Assembly (NCBI GenBank): GCA_024704765.1
Contig: JAKMXF010000011.1
Coordinates: 417,557 to 481,556, forward strand
Origin: Oopsacas minuta
Lineage: Eukaryota > Animalia > Porifera
Length of the DNA stretch: 64,000 nucleotides
Direction of reading: 5' to 3'
The notes below the pieces were generated by a model. It saw nothing but the letters and a program-made list of their open reading frames with translations. It was not told the DNA's origin and made no database searches. Below, one piece after another: positions 47,901 to 61,375 of this stretch (its first letter is position 1; each line of letters opens with the position of its first letter). A program made the position numbers and the translations under genes.

Positions 47901-50900
47901 CACGAGGATAGAATATTTGTCTGAAATTAGAGTTAGGACTTAATACCTGAAGGATAGGTAGGAAAACAGGATCATCTTCTCCACAAGGAATACATTTCAA
48001 ATGGGTCAAGAATTCCTTTAGACAGGGTTCATATTTATAAGTGAGTAGGAGGACAGAAATGATTCTGTATATAATAGTATTGTGCTTTATTATTTCAGTT
48101 TCAAAATTCTCGAAAACTCGAACAATAATTTCTTTATAAAACCTCTCAACTGTATAGGCTTTACTCTCAGGGAACTCTTTGAATATTTTATGTTCATTAA
48201 ATTTAGGGAACATATCCATAAAGAATATTCCACATCGAGCAGAATATGGAAATATTATTTCGTCAATGAACCAAGATTCAAGATTATATCTAGTTGGCGG
48301 AACGAAAAATGATACATCTTTGAAATTTATCCAACGATTTGGATTTAATCTACAGTAGAAGATTGGAGCATTTACAGAAATAATGCGAGTAGCAATTGAC
48401 GAAGAAAAATCACTCCATAAAATATCATCTTTATTGGAATTAGGCCAAAAACTGTAATACCTTTCTAATTGAGTTTGACTGAGGCAATTAAGAGAGAATT
48501 CTCCTTTAAGAGAGATGAGCATGTTAACAACAGCGATAGGTAGAGGATCACAGATGAGAGCCTGATTCCAGCGTGTCCGTATGGTAGAATCCGTAGTGAA
48601 GTAGAGTGCACGACGAGATTGTTGCAACTGAAAACAACCGTGAATATGCATTGGGTAAGGTGATGGACAGGGTAGGGGAAGGAAAGAAAAAAGAGAGCAT
48701 TTGACATTAGAGAATTCGTTAAGAGTTAAAAAGCTCTTAAATACTGCAACAGCACAAACTGGAAGAGATGAGAATCCACTAGTTCCTTCAAGCTCTAGCA
48801 TCAGGTTAAAAGATGAAGCTGTACCAGAAGCATACGAAACGATAACATCTTCCAGATCAGTTTCTTCGCCTGGAGGGTAGAGAGTCGTAAGTGTAAATCT
48901 TGAAACATCCGTGACAGCATCTTGTGTTCTTTTATTTAACAGTTTCTGAAAATGTAATTGGTTTTCTGATAAGAATCTATTAGGCAAAGACTTGTTAACT
49001 CTGTATGCAAGAGACATATTCGTATTTTCATGATTTCTCGTGTATATTTCTATACATTGAATATTTTGAAGAAATAAAATTAAATTCTTAGCAATTTCCA
49101 AAAACTTTGTTTGTAGAGTTAAAATAGATTTTTTCGAATTAAAATTTCTTTGAGATATCTTGCTTGAAACTTTACCTGTTCGCAGAGGTAATCTGAACAA
49201 AGTATGTTTATATTCATTTTTACTAAATAGATCACAACCAAAAATACCGTTATAAACAGAAAACTGATCCTTAAAATCTTGTATTTCATCATTCTCATTG
49301 ACAAAATCAATTTGCATGCCAGGACTGTCGTGGTCGATCAGTTTCTTTAAATAAGACACATGAGGATCAAAGAAAATGATATTGCAACGACTGACAAGAC
49401 TGGGAAGATCTGTCAAATGGTATACAGTATTGAATCCTGTACCATAGGCTCCTATAGTGGATTGATCTGGCATCTTAGAACGGGAAGCAAGTTTAGTAAT
49501 ATTTTCAAAATCAGCGTTAGAAAAAGTAGCGTCGTTATAACAATAGACAGCAGGACCTTGCCAATATTTCATCTCATCGTGTACTAAACTCTCTATCCCA
49601 TGCTCTGAGTAATCAAATAGAAACTTGACTTCACTAGCTTTAGCATCATCAGCATTTTGTGTCAACTCTTTAAACACATCTACGTCACATTCATATTCAC
49701 TGATAATATTCTTGAGCCTGGTTGTGAGGGGTTCTGATTGCCCATGAGATATATATCGGAATGGTAGAGCCTTTCGGCCAGAGAGTTTAATGCTACTTAA
49801 TGGATTGACTCCTAAACGAAATGCAATTTCATTACTGACATCTTTGTGAATGAAATAATAAGTTTTATCTTTGTGAGTGAAGACACCATTCGAGTACTCT
49901 CTCTTGTCCCAACTGATATCGTGGAATATACAGTCTTCCACATAATGTACTCGATTGTCTAGACACAGAATGAAATTCTTTTCTCTATGACGAATTAAGT
50001 TGTCACATATTTCTTTAGTGAACCTAAGCACTATCCTCTGTTCATCTGAATCAAGAGGTGTATCTTGTGATTTGGTATATAATTTGTTCAATGCTTGATT
50101 ACACTGATCAACAGATAAACAATTTCTAAATCCTAGATTGTAGAAGAAATCTCTAATATTTCTGTTGTTGGCATCATAATGGTAATATATTGAATGAATA
50201 TAAGGAGAAAAATCTTCCTTTGAAGACATGAATAGCATAGAAGGATCACAAAATCCAACAGATGGAATCAAAACGATATCGCCTGGAAGCTGTTGAATCT
50301 GCCTTCTATATTTATGAAAATTCTTGCCCAAAGTTTCATAAATTTTCTTAACTTTAGAGTGCAAGTCAAAATTCACAGCTAAAGTATTGTACTTACGTAT
50401 ACAGATGCTTAGTTCATCAATTGCAATAAGTGGTAGCGGTCTAGGTAAATTGAAATCTGAGATTCTCATGTTAGAAGTGAAGTTATAGTACTGCAGAAAT
50501 TGTTCAGGAATAACTGGGAGTTGGAATTCTACAAGTTCCCTGAGTTTGCAAGGAATAATCTGGGATGGAGACTTGAAATGTATTTGATTTAACATAGGAA
50601 TATTTACTGGTATGAAAATTAAAGTACTCAACACAGAGAACATTTCATCTAACTCAGTGGCTGTGAATATTTTCTGATCCAGATATTCGATAAATCTGTG
50701 AGCGAGTGGTTCGTTTTTGTTATTGCTTATATAATTCGCTCTAGACTGAATCTCTTCAACACTCAGTTTAACAGATATGATGTTGCAATGAGTTCTGAGA
50801 TTGTGTAGTGTCTGGGAATCTTTTTGGAATAGAGTTTCACAACAGAGTTTAGTAGGAAATCTATTCTCCTTAGCGTCATATAAATTCACTACCAACCTAG

Positions 50901-53900
50901 CATTGGGGTCGACTACCTCACGGGTATGTTGCAATTCCCCGAATTCTCCACAAGGTATACATTTGAATGATCTTATCAAATCTATGAACCATTGATAAGA
51001 ACAACAAACTGGTATAAGAACATTGAGAACTTCAATTATCCTAATAATTCCGAACTTATTCAAATTTTCAAAGAAGATAATGGAAAAGTTCTTCAAATCA
51101 ACAACGTTACTTCTGCTTTTACCAAATATGTAAAATAACATACCACCTTTCTCAAAACAAATTTCTGGAATTACAGCAACCTGAAATCCGCACTCGATTA
51201 AAATGTGTAACATAGAATCTGAGAATGATTGAGGATAGGATCCTCGTAAATCAGACTGGATTGATGGAAGGTTTAAGAAAAAGGTCGTTTGAAAGCTACA
51301 CCATTCTGTTCCTTTGTTAGATTTTACGATAAAGAAGTTAAATTGACTATTAATTATCTCATGAGTTATACCCTGAGTAAACCATTTCCAGAGACTGTTA
51401 CTTGTCAGATCCTTTGAGAACATATTCAACAATAGACAAGTGTATGTATGATGTATTTCCATAGTATTAATTGACTGCATTTTAATTGCTAGATATTTGT
51501 AAAGAGTGAACACAGCTCGTACTAGTGCATCAGATACAATAGCTTGGTTCCATTTTGTTTTGCCTCTGCTGTGTCTACTAATCCCTGTCTATCCTGTCTC
51601 AACTCAAACATTGCATGGCAGTGAAAAGGGAGAGCTATCTGAATAGGGAGTGGAAGGAAGCAATAGAGATTTGAATTAGAGCCAGCTGTTCTATCTTGAT
51701 CAAAAAGATCTAAGTTTAACGCTACTCCAGCAAAAGGCAGGAGGGATCTAGTATGTGATAACTTGTTTAGGAGGTTAGCACATTGTTCGCTTCCTGTGGC
51801 ATAAGTAACAATCCAATTGGCATCCGATTTATCAGTTACACTCAATTGATACTCACAAGAAGATGATACTGGTGTAGAATTACAACCATTTATCATATGG
51901 ATCATATGTTCACGATTGGCCTGAAGGAAAGGTTGATTCAGTGGGATATTCGCACTTCGCTTTACACAATGTATACTCTTCATATCTTCAGATCTACTGT
52001 CTGAATTGATCACATAGATACCCAGAGAATTTATGTGTTGCATGAAAAATAGAACAGATTCTGCCTCTTTTATGAAATTAGCCTGAATTTGATTGATATC
52101 TTGTTCATTGAATGTTGTTAGAGAAATCTTTGATGTGATATTACTAAGCCTTATGGGGAGGCGGAATAAAGTTCCATTAAAAGGTGAAGGTTTCAGGATA
52201 TCACATCCGAAAATGTTTTGATAAGGAACAAATTGATCTTGATAGATTTGTATATATTTCACCAACCTTTCTTGACAGAAATCTATCTTTACTCCTTTCT
52301 TTAGGTAATCTCCGTGTGGATCTAGAATATGAATATAGTTTCTTGATACAAAGCTAGGTAAGTCCGTGAGATGATAGACGGTACAGAATCCGAGACCAAA
52401 CTGGCCTATAGAAGTTACATCATGTGCCTTGGTTGCACCCTCAATCTTCATGAGATTGTCAAAATCTGCATCGAGAAAAGTAGAATTGTTGTAGAAGAGA
52501 ATGGCAGGACCTTGCCACACCTCCATCTGTGGGGAAAGTAAGGACATACTAGGATGAATCCTCCAATCGAATACTACATTCATTTCTGTTGCCTTAGCAT
52601 CATCAGCGTTCTGCAACATTTCTTTCAATACATTAATCGTTCCATGATAACCTTCTAAAATTCCACGTATTCGGTCAGTAACAGCTATTTTTTGTTCAGT
52701 TTCTTCAAACCACATTTCACTGGGATCGGTTATCCTTTCATTGAAATGAGACACGCCGAGTCTATGAGCTGTATCATTTGATATCTTCTCGTGAACGAAG
52801 ATAAAGTCTTGCTCTATAATAGATCGATCTAACCAAATTTGGTCACAGAAAACTAATTTCTCTTCTTTAGGATTATACATTTTCATGTCTTTACCTGGTA
52901 TATATACTTCTGCATGAGAATTGAGATTAACTATCAGATTGAGAATGTTGATAACTAGTTCAAGTTGTGTTGATGTGAGTGTCGTATAAGTTGAGTTAAT
53001 TTCAGTTAATATAGATGAGAGTTGTGAAGAGCTGGGAGACTTTTGTATTGCAAGAAAATCAAAAAACTTAACTGCCCTGTATTGGAGATCTTGTAACGAA
53101 TAAATGAAAGGCTTCATATCAAAAGGAACTTCGATTACAATTCTATTAACTGAAACAAATGCAACTTCATCTGGAATATATATCATGTTCAATGGTATAC
53201 TTTGAATTTGAATTTCTGCAACCCTCCTGCCTAAAAAAAAGTAAATTTTCGAGACAATTTGATGGATAAGTTCTGAATCATTCTTCGAAATTCTAGACTT
53301 CGTTAGCATGGCAAGATGCTCTACAACCATCTGAGTCGTAATCTCAGTTTGAAATCCCATTTCACGGATAATTCCCTCGCTCACATCATCATTCATCATT
53401 TGAGAGAGAATTAATGTATTTTGTACAGAGCCTACTAAGTATACTTCTTGAGAATTACAAATTAATATTTGTTGAGGAGAACACAATTGAGTGCTTGTAG
53501 AGAATTCAACATTTTTTGGCCAATCAACAGGAATAGACCCAGATATAACAAAATTACTTTGGAAGATATTAAATAGGGTCTTCCAAGATTCATAACCAAA
53601 TGTGCTACGATAGAGGGACAAAAATTCAATCAAAGCGCCAAATGTGTCTATCCAATCATTACCTAATTCCGAAACAATAGTTTCAAGACTGTATCTGCAA
53701 ACTTGTAAACATAACTTCAAAGAGAGATTTTTATAACATTTCAAGCCCAGGGACTTTCTCATAACATCAAAATAATCTTCTAAAATGTTGTGTGGAAATA
53801 AACCGCTTGTTTGTGGAGGTAACAGCCGATTTAAGATGTGGTCTCTAGGATCAAATAGCTGTGAGGGTGCATATAGTTTAACTCGTCCTCCAATTTCTGT

Positions 53901-56476
53901 ATTGGTAGAAGAATCTAGTATCCATTCCTCACTTTTGAGATAATCCAGATCAAACAGTTTCAGATTGTCCATTACAAAAACTATTAACTGATTTCTAATT
54001 CTAGGATCCTTGTGAGTTTGAATAAATGGCATTAAATGATCTTTGATAAATGCATCATTAGAGAGTGATTTTGAATTTAGCTTCTTGTAGAGTTGTTTTA
54101 CAGATAAATTCAATGGAGAAATGAAGTGAGGAGGGTATGCAATATCAAGAGGGATTTTCAACGGAGGTAGAATGATAATCGAGGAAATTTTTAACCAATT
54201 ACCAATTGTATTAGGGAATAATGGAAGCTGAGAAATTATTTTGGAGTTTTGTGCATTTGTAATAGGAATTAACAATTCTATCAAGTCAAACTTTAAATTA
54301 TCATCAACAGTAGAATCCAGAGCTAGAATGAATGAATTCAGAACGGCTTTAGACTTCAATGCAATAAGGAGACCCTTGGGAATCGGTGGCAGTATAAACT
54401 CGCTAAAACGGACAATAAAGTGTTGTCTGTAACATAAATAACAACCTGATGTCTCAAGTAACTTTTCAAGCTGAATCAAATGGCTATCTTCACTGTGTTC
54501 AATGTAAGTAGTGCGAGATCTAAGTGGTAGTAAGGACACGATATCCTCATTGATTGAATTCTGTGGTAAGATTGGTAAATGAGAAACAGCCTCTAGGAGA
54601 GATTTGGAATTATCAATAAACTGGAATAGCTTGACAATCCAAGTTGAAGGCGGGTGTGCGGGGTCTGAGGGCATCCAATCGACAGAATCATTCGATTCAA
54701 ATCTAAATTTGCCAGAAATTGATTGAAATAATAGTTCGGCAAATAACTGAGGATCATTAACTAGTTTCGTGACATCAATCAAATTTAGAGGAGTGCATTT
54801 AATTGCTATTGAGAGTAAATTGGAATGAATCTTGGGAGGGATATAAGGATCGACGAATAAACTCTCTAATCCCGGGAATATATTCATGAGAGTAGAAGTA
54901 TTAGAGCTAATGTATATTGGTTTGTGTGCGAATATCTGAGGCTCATCGATACTAGCAATTGGGAGGAGGGGAATACCTTCTAGTATCATTTCTATTCGCT
55001 TGGATGATTCAATTCCTGAGCACATAGTGAGAATTCCTTCTAACAAAGGAATGGCTTTATCTCTAGAAGAGAGAAACTCTCTTAGCTCATTCGAATCGGA
55101 AAACCTTCTAAGCAACTCCCTAATAGCATTCTGATTTATGGTCCTATCACTAATTTGAGACTTTATTCCTGGGATGTTGAGGATAACTTCCTGAATAGAT
55201 TCAGGAACGTCAATAATTGGTTCATTAAGTTTCTCCAGCAACTCAAGACATACCTTTTCATTGGTCAGATATTGCTTAGTTAAATTTGGTAAAAAGAATC
55301 CATCACATATTGATAGCCATCTCCCACCCAGTTGCTGAGTATATAGCAAGATATTATGCTTAGAGAGTATCTCTAGTCCCCCACAGAGAACAGAACTGAA
55401 GGGGGAATTGTCTGGCTCATGAGGACTCCAACGTGATAACAACTGATAATGATAAGCTAGAGGAGAAGAGTGTTTCAATGCTTTTATAGTAATAAATAAG
55501 AAAACAGCGTAGGCAATAGACCCCAGATCTTCAGATAGCAGTAGATTCCACCTGGCTCCTATCTCACTCTCATTATCATCTGAAGGCCAGGGAATAGCAC
55601 GACGATTAGAACTCAGAGAGAAGTAACCATGGAAATGAAATGGGAATTTGGAATGTAACTGCGTTGGAAGGAAACAGAAAATCTTACCCGTTGAAATATT
55701 TAACTCAATATCTTGATCAACTATGAAAGGAAATTTGAATACTTCGCTAATCACATCGAATACAGTTGAAGGATTTTCCTTATTCCACTTAAACTGCCAC
55801 CTGCCACAATTTGTCAGATTGCTAACTCCTGTAGCAAGGGCTACTCCAACCCATGGAAGATAGTCTAGATGATGATATCTGTAAAATTGTTGCAGTTTTT
55901 TCTTTGTAGCTCCAAAACCAAGGATATTCAATACCAACCATACAGTTTGCTTCTCTTCACCACCAGATTCACGGGACACAGTCGGGAATAAACACACAAA
56001 AATCTTAGTGCTTGATTTGAACTCTTCAGAAGAAGCGAATTCTAGAATTTCCCTTCTATAACTCTTCACATCATCAAGATAAGCTGAGGGAACTTCAGCC
56101 TTAAAGAGAGCTTTATTTACTCCACCTACTCTCTCACATACCTCAATACAAGTAATGTTCTTCAAAAATAGTAGAGCATGCTCAGCTTCACTGATAAGTG
56201 GATTAAGTAACTTATTTCTTACTCTTATTACGTCATAGCAATTCTTACTAATTTCAGATTGTTCATTTCTAAATGGAAACCTAAATATAGTACCTGGGTA
56301 CTCTGACTGTCCTTCAAATCCAAAGTAACCTTTGAAGCATGAGAGATGTCCAGATAGTTGTGGATTAGTTGTTAGAGACAGGAGAGGGCAAGATACTCCA
56401 GTCCGTCCTTGAGTTGTTAGCTCCATTAGCGGGTGGTTTATGCCAAATTGTTTGTTACTCAGTATAGTAGGACAGT
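41980..56476 (-). CDS. Sacsin-like gene, giant terminal exon 4 (covers ORF-track 51522-56426 and 41980-51513, joined across a 1-nt frameshift at 51553-51561)
   Basis: CTAG|AC acceptor at 56477 and three more KExxQNADDA...GxFGxGF..VYHLTD GHKL repeats (~52600, ~49650, ~46630). The reading AEAK(x)KWNQAIVSDALVRAV continues across the shift and matches TRWNQALICDPL in the next repeat. Confidence 0.88.
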
Positions 56477-56689
56477 CTAGAGTATTTGGGTTAGGTATAT
56501 AAACTACGAATTATAGCAGGTGCGGCGATGCTTTAGTATATTTATAACAGGTCCCTTAAAGCTTGGAAGCTGAACCGATCATTAAGGCTCACAACCTCAA
56601 CCACATCACTTTCTAATGTCGCACTTAAGAAGTATGAACCCGTGAAATTCAACAAATATAAGTATATATCTGTGCGGAAATCCGGCCAA

Positions 56690-56800
56690 TACTCCCATAT
56701 CATAATACTACAGAATCTGGCAGCTTTCCTGCCTAATTCTCTCTTCTCAGCCTTACCATAATCAGATACATATTTTCCGGAGTTCAAATAATTCAAAATA
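56690..56800 (-). pseudogene. Possible gypsy/GIN-type integrase N-terminal fragment in the sacsin intron
   Basis: LNYLNSGKYVSDYGKAEKRELGRKAARF resembles the YLxxGxYP...KxxLRRKAxxF motif. No downstream core was seen. Confidence 0.35.
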
Positions 56801-57503
56801 CACTGTATTCAAGGAGATCTATAATGTAGAAGTAATCAATTCTAATTTGATGAGTTTTAAAGGTTGTTATCAGTTTTATGCAAATACTAACTACTAATAA
56901 ATTCTACATTTTACATTTATTATCATCATTGGCAGCTAGGTTGATAGACATCAAAAAATAGATTATTAGGTAGTCAGATGATGACATAGGAAATTTTTGA
57001 GAAGACAAGCGTGTACGCGGTTACCGTATTTACGTATGTTGGTATTATATTTAAGGGGCGTATCTTAAATAGTTACGTATTTCTACCATAAATTCGAAAA
57101 TATGGCCATCTACTCACCATCCGTGTTGCTATGAAAACATGTCAGTAGTAAGTCCTGTATTACGAAGTTCCAGATATATTGGTTAGGAAATTATTTGTGA
57201 ACTTGACTTCTAACACCTATATTTTCCAGCTTTATACATTTATTTCTGCACATAGAATGGCCAGTCGCTGTTCTACCTCCGGTCAATAACAATCAGCAAC
57301 AATTGTCGGTATTTTCAGCCAAACAAGTCAGATGAACTAGAAACTCTTATCTTCAGGCTCTTCATCAGGAAGATGTTGGTGATCTCAAGATTACGTGTGA
57401 TTCAAGCATTTCAGGAAGGGTGACATTGAGTATACACAATTACACATACAGTAACCGTGGACCGTCTATTTACCTGGATGCCCAGTTTACTATTCCACAC
57501 AGT

Positions 57504-57660
57504 CAGGGCCGGAGCCATCAGTCCGGTTGGTCCGGCTTTAACCGGACCACTTTTTGGTGCTTTCAGTACAGTTTCTATGGTAAGTGAGATTTCAACCGGT
57601 CCACTTTGGTAGGGCTGGTATGGTTTAACCGGACCACTTCAAAATCCGTGCCGCCAGGGC
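57504..57660. repeat. Short GC-rich MITE-like relic
   Basis: Starts CAGGGCCGG and carries three ACCGG(A/T)CCACTT units. The right TIR and TSD are unclear. Confidence 0.35.
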
Positions 57661-58611
57661 TTAACAGTCTATCACTAATCGGCATGGTGTCTCTCCTCAA
57701 ATAAATGCTCTACTCTTCTCCCAAGCTATGAATCTGATATCAAATACTGAAGAGAATAAGAAGTTTCTGATTACCAGATTCCAGGATTTGGAAGCTAAGT
57801 AACCATTTCTTCCTACTTATTTCTAAATCATGTTCAATTTGGTATCTTAATCCACATATATTTATGCACCACAGCAAGGGTTTATTCAATTTCTGGCTCG
57901 GCACTATTTCTTACAGGGACTATGCTAGGATGACACTTTTTTGGACTTTAACATAGTGATCCTATTCTAATTTGAATTTCGCGGTCGGCACATTAAGGCC
58001 GCTGAACTGGAATTTGTAGGTGTCCACCAAGCAGCTAGATAACCCTTACGCCAGTTGATGAATACTTGTTAGTAGAGTTAATCTATTGATAAAGGCATAC
58101 GATAGTGGTGACATTTCTCGAAGTTCATGTGGGAATGGGAATATAAATTCCATTCCCAAGGCAACCCCACCATCATCTGATAAACCAAAGAGCTATTCAA
58201 ACTATAATTGTATATCGTGTGCACGAGATCCAATCCAATCAGTTCCAGTTTATTTCCATGATATATCCTATAACGAATTGCACGATTGTCCAGAAGTTGT
58301 TATGCTACGAGATACGTATTAGTTGTCAGCTTCATAAGAGCCTGGTTTTGCGTTGATATAATGTCCTGACCCAAAATTTTGCTATGGGTTGGTGGCGGAG
58401 GAAAGGAGGGTAATTACCAGCAACCCCTGTAGCAACACAATTAGTACATATTACATCCCATGAGTGTCGTACATTTGGGTCTGACTCTTCGGCCACAAGG
58501 ACGCCATAAGTCAGGGCAATGAACTGACACTGAATACATTTTTCAGGTTGTTCAGAGCTTATAATCCAGATTTGAAAGTTGAAAATAAATTATAGTATTT
58601 TGGAAGTTACG

Positions 58612-58895
58612 CAGTAGGCCCTCGGTTATCCGAACAGCAGGAAGTATGTTTAGTTTAGGAAAAAATTACAAATTTTTGGTGCTTCTGATTACTCTAGTAC
58701 CAGTTCTTTGAAAGCTGTCGTGGTATTAGTCCTTATTGGCATGAATATGCAGTAAAATATACTAAATTACAAAATCTTAATTTTCATCTATCATCCCGCA
58801 GTGAATTTCATGCATCAAAATACACTATTTCACTTATCCGAACACCATACTTGAAATTCAAAGACGAAGGTGTTCGGATAATCGAGGGTGTATTG
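58612..58895. mobile_element. Old pogo-like MITE in the sacsin intron
   Basis: TIRs CAGTAGGCCCTCGGTTATCCGAACA / CAATACACCCTCGATTATCCGAACA (21/25) and an internal TTATCCGAACA repeat. The TA flanks are decayed. Confidence 0.55.
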
Positions 58896-59923
58896 ATATA
58901 CTACTAGTACATCAATATATCCTGTAATATTCATTCATTAGCAGCATCAAGATAGGTATGGCTAAACTCCTGGCCTGGGCTAACGGAGATTTCCGGATGC
59001 CCAAATGTATTAAGACACATATAGACATCTCCACAGTCTCCAAAGAGGAAATGCTTGTCACCTCTCTGGAAGAATAATATTTGGTTGCAGTCTCGATATT
59101 GCAGGTTGATACCACCACGAAAACTAATAAATTCACTAATTAGTGTGTTTCATATAATATTAGTAGAATAGATAGAACGTTAGGTTAAGGGGTATTGCAT
59201 ATTTTGTAGATTATCAACCATTATTCATATGCTAAAAGTCAGGAATGTGTGAAAATATGTGTATAATAAGCATTTTTTGTTAAAATATGCCATTCTTTCA
59301 TGGCTTGTAGGATGGTAAATATTGCATCTTACTTTTCAAAGTGAACATATGAAATGATCTACAGATACTATTTTACAAGATATCAAAAATTTGTCATGAA
59401 AAAGTTGCCTCGTTCTTGAGTTAATAGAGATACCATGGATGACTCTTAGATCCTTACAGTATTGTTTCAATTCATTTCGCTAATCCGAACGAAATATTTT
59501 GCAATTGGAACAGTGCTGTTCGGATTAACTGTAGTACTGTTTCGTGGGAATAATACTTTCCCACGAAACATATTCACTAATCACAGTACATGTATAATAA
59601 AAATTCCTCAGTTATCAAAAGAAAATATAAATCGATTGGGTTAAAGACAAGGTTGCAACCGAAAAATATTTGGCGAATAGTTCCAAATTTTCATGTCAGT
59701 GACGGTATATGGATTGACGGATATTAAAGCTGTCTAATGCATTATCAGTAATCCATACAGTTCCTCTTATATAATAAAGAAACTGGGATCATATACGTGT
59801 ATTTCTCACCAGACACTCCAAAGCAGAGCATTACAGGATCGGAATACTTCTAACTCAATTATCCGTTTTATGATAAGGACATACGGGAGCGCAGACGTTA
59901 GTAGATCTTTGAAAACAACTAAC

Positions 59924-60182
59924 CGGTTAAGTGATAGACTGACACAAATCCAAGTCCAAATCGGCCTACTTTGAGTAGATTTTTCTCCTTTATACTCTTG
60001 CCAATTCTCTGGATTCCTTCCCAGTCATTTTCCATGAATGTAGCGTCATTCCATGAATATAGCGCAGGTCCCTGATATTTGAATAAACCAGGAATAAACA
60101 GATCAACTTGAGAATGTTGCGTTGGGTCCAGAAGAAATGCAATACTGCTAGCCTCAGCATCATCAGCGTTCTGAAGTAATTC
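59924..60182 (-). CDS. Sacsin-like gene, exon 3 (first GHKL ATPase lid; not in the ORF track)
   Basis: TTTTAG|GAA acceptor and G|GTTAGT donor. It encodes ELLQNADDAEASSIAFLLD...QGPALYSWNDATF...VGRFGLGFVSVYHLT and splices in phase 1 to exon 4 (D-CPTILS). Confidence 0.92.
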
Positions 60183-60735
60183 CTAAAATACAATAAAATC
60201 AACATCAATACAATTTTCCTCAGATATTAAATTTTCGATGTCAAGTTAGAGTTAGTAATCATGACAGAGCATGGATACTTCCAATTATACTATTTATTAT
60301 CAATAAACGAGTGAATCCGTGTGCGAACACACAAATTCATTTCGGTATGAACCAGAAAGTTGAGAATGATGAAGTTCCCCGAAATTGATTCAATAAGTAT
60401 TGCCTAACTACTAGCGCTATAACAATCCAAATGTGTGTGGCTTTATAGGCCCTTGGGAAGCCCATGAAAGTCCAACCAATTTCAACTCATTATTAATGGG
60501 AAATGTCCCAAAAAACATTTTTCTCGAAATTTTTATGCAGAATAACAGTTAAAATTACTTATAAATTGTTTACAATCAAATAGGATCCCAAAGCCATTTC
60601 TGATATGTCAGTTCCTTTAAAAATGGAGCGAGCTCCAAGTTCCATTCTTGATATTGCTCTGGTTTCATAAGCGTGGTAATAAGAAAAACACATAAATATT
60701 TACTATAGATCTATTGTGATAAGTTTGGAACTCAC

Positions 60736-60824
60736 TTTGAGAATGTTACTTCCGTCAGGATAATCCCTCAGGATATGTGTGATTTCTTCTAGCAAGGTTC
60801 TCTGTTTTGGACCAAAGTTAAAAT
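60736..60824 (-). CDS. Sacsin-like gene, exon 2
   Basis: TTTGCTAG|AT acceptor and AAA|GTGAGT donor. It encodes FNFGPKQRTLLEEITHILRDYPDGSNILK, matching the sacsin FGQ...L..IL..YP.G..ILK motif, in phase 0 with exon 3. Confidence 0.88.
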
Positions 60825-61022
60825 CTAGCAAATACAATTAACAGAATATATCTTACTATGAATACTTTCATGCTGTGTCAAGATCTGGCAATCCTAAGTT
60901 CATTCGTCGACAAAATATTATGGACAGACTGGCTCAAGGCTCATTAATTCAGCTGCGGTAAATTACCATATCTCCCTCTAGCCCAGTCCGTCACTGCAAA
61001 AGTGTATTATACAAATACTTAC

Positions 61023-61044
61023 CTGATTGTGATATAGATGCCAT
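61023..61044 (-). CDS. Sacsin-like gene, probable first coding exon (MASISQS)
   Basis: ATG GCA TCT ATA TCA CAA TCA G|GTAAGT is a canonical donor. Phase 1 fits exon 2 (G|AT = Asp). Confidence 0.72.
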
Positions 61045-61375
61045 GGAGAATGATAGTAGAAGTTAACGTGATTATATCACTCAGAAATTAGCATCATATG
61101 CTCAACTAATTGTATATTGTATGTCTATAATTGTTGGAGGGGAAAATATGAAAACTTCACAAAAAATATAAAGAGTTTCAAGGGAGTAAGTTTGTCTAAT
61201 TTTATGGGGACACAACTGGCCAATTCAGGTTCTCAGACAAAATTTAGAGAAAAATTGCGACAATCCTCTGTCCGAAACTATCGAATCTCGTCACTAGATA
61301 AATACAATGTGATAGTTAAAATAAAAGAATTTGAATAATAGAGTGGTAACTAAATAATTCAGCATAATATGAGAA

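Noticed and set aside
51513-51522. Two separate adjacent sacsin genes
   Set aside because: The second ORF starts at GTG in mid-domain, and homology runs continuously across a 1-nt shift.
59990-60208. ORF-track 72-aa peptide as a gene
   Set aside because: It is the wrong frame of sacsin exon 3. Most other short track ORFs are likewise antisense or off-frame shadows of transposons and genes, many with TTG/GTG starts.
60933-61022. Extra micro-exon (VTDWARGRY) after a 29-nt intron
   Set aside because: The intron would be very short, and CAGTGACGGACTGG looks like a hAT terminus. Direct exon 1 to exon 2 splicing is already in frame.
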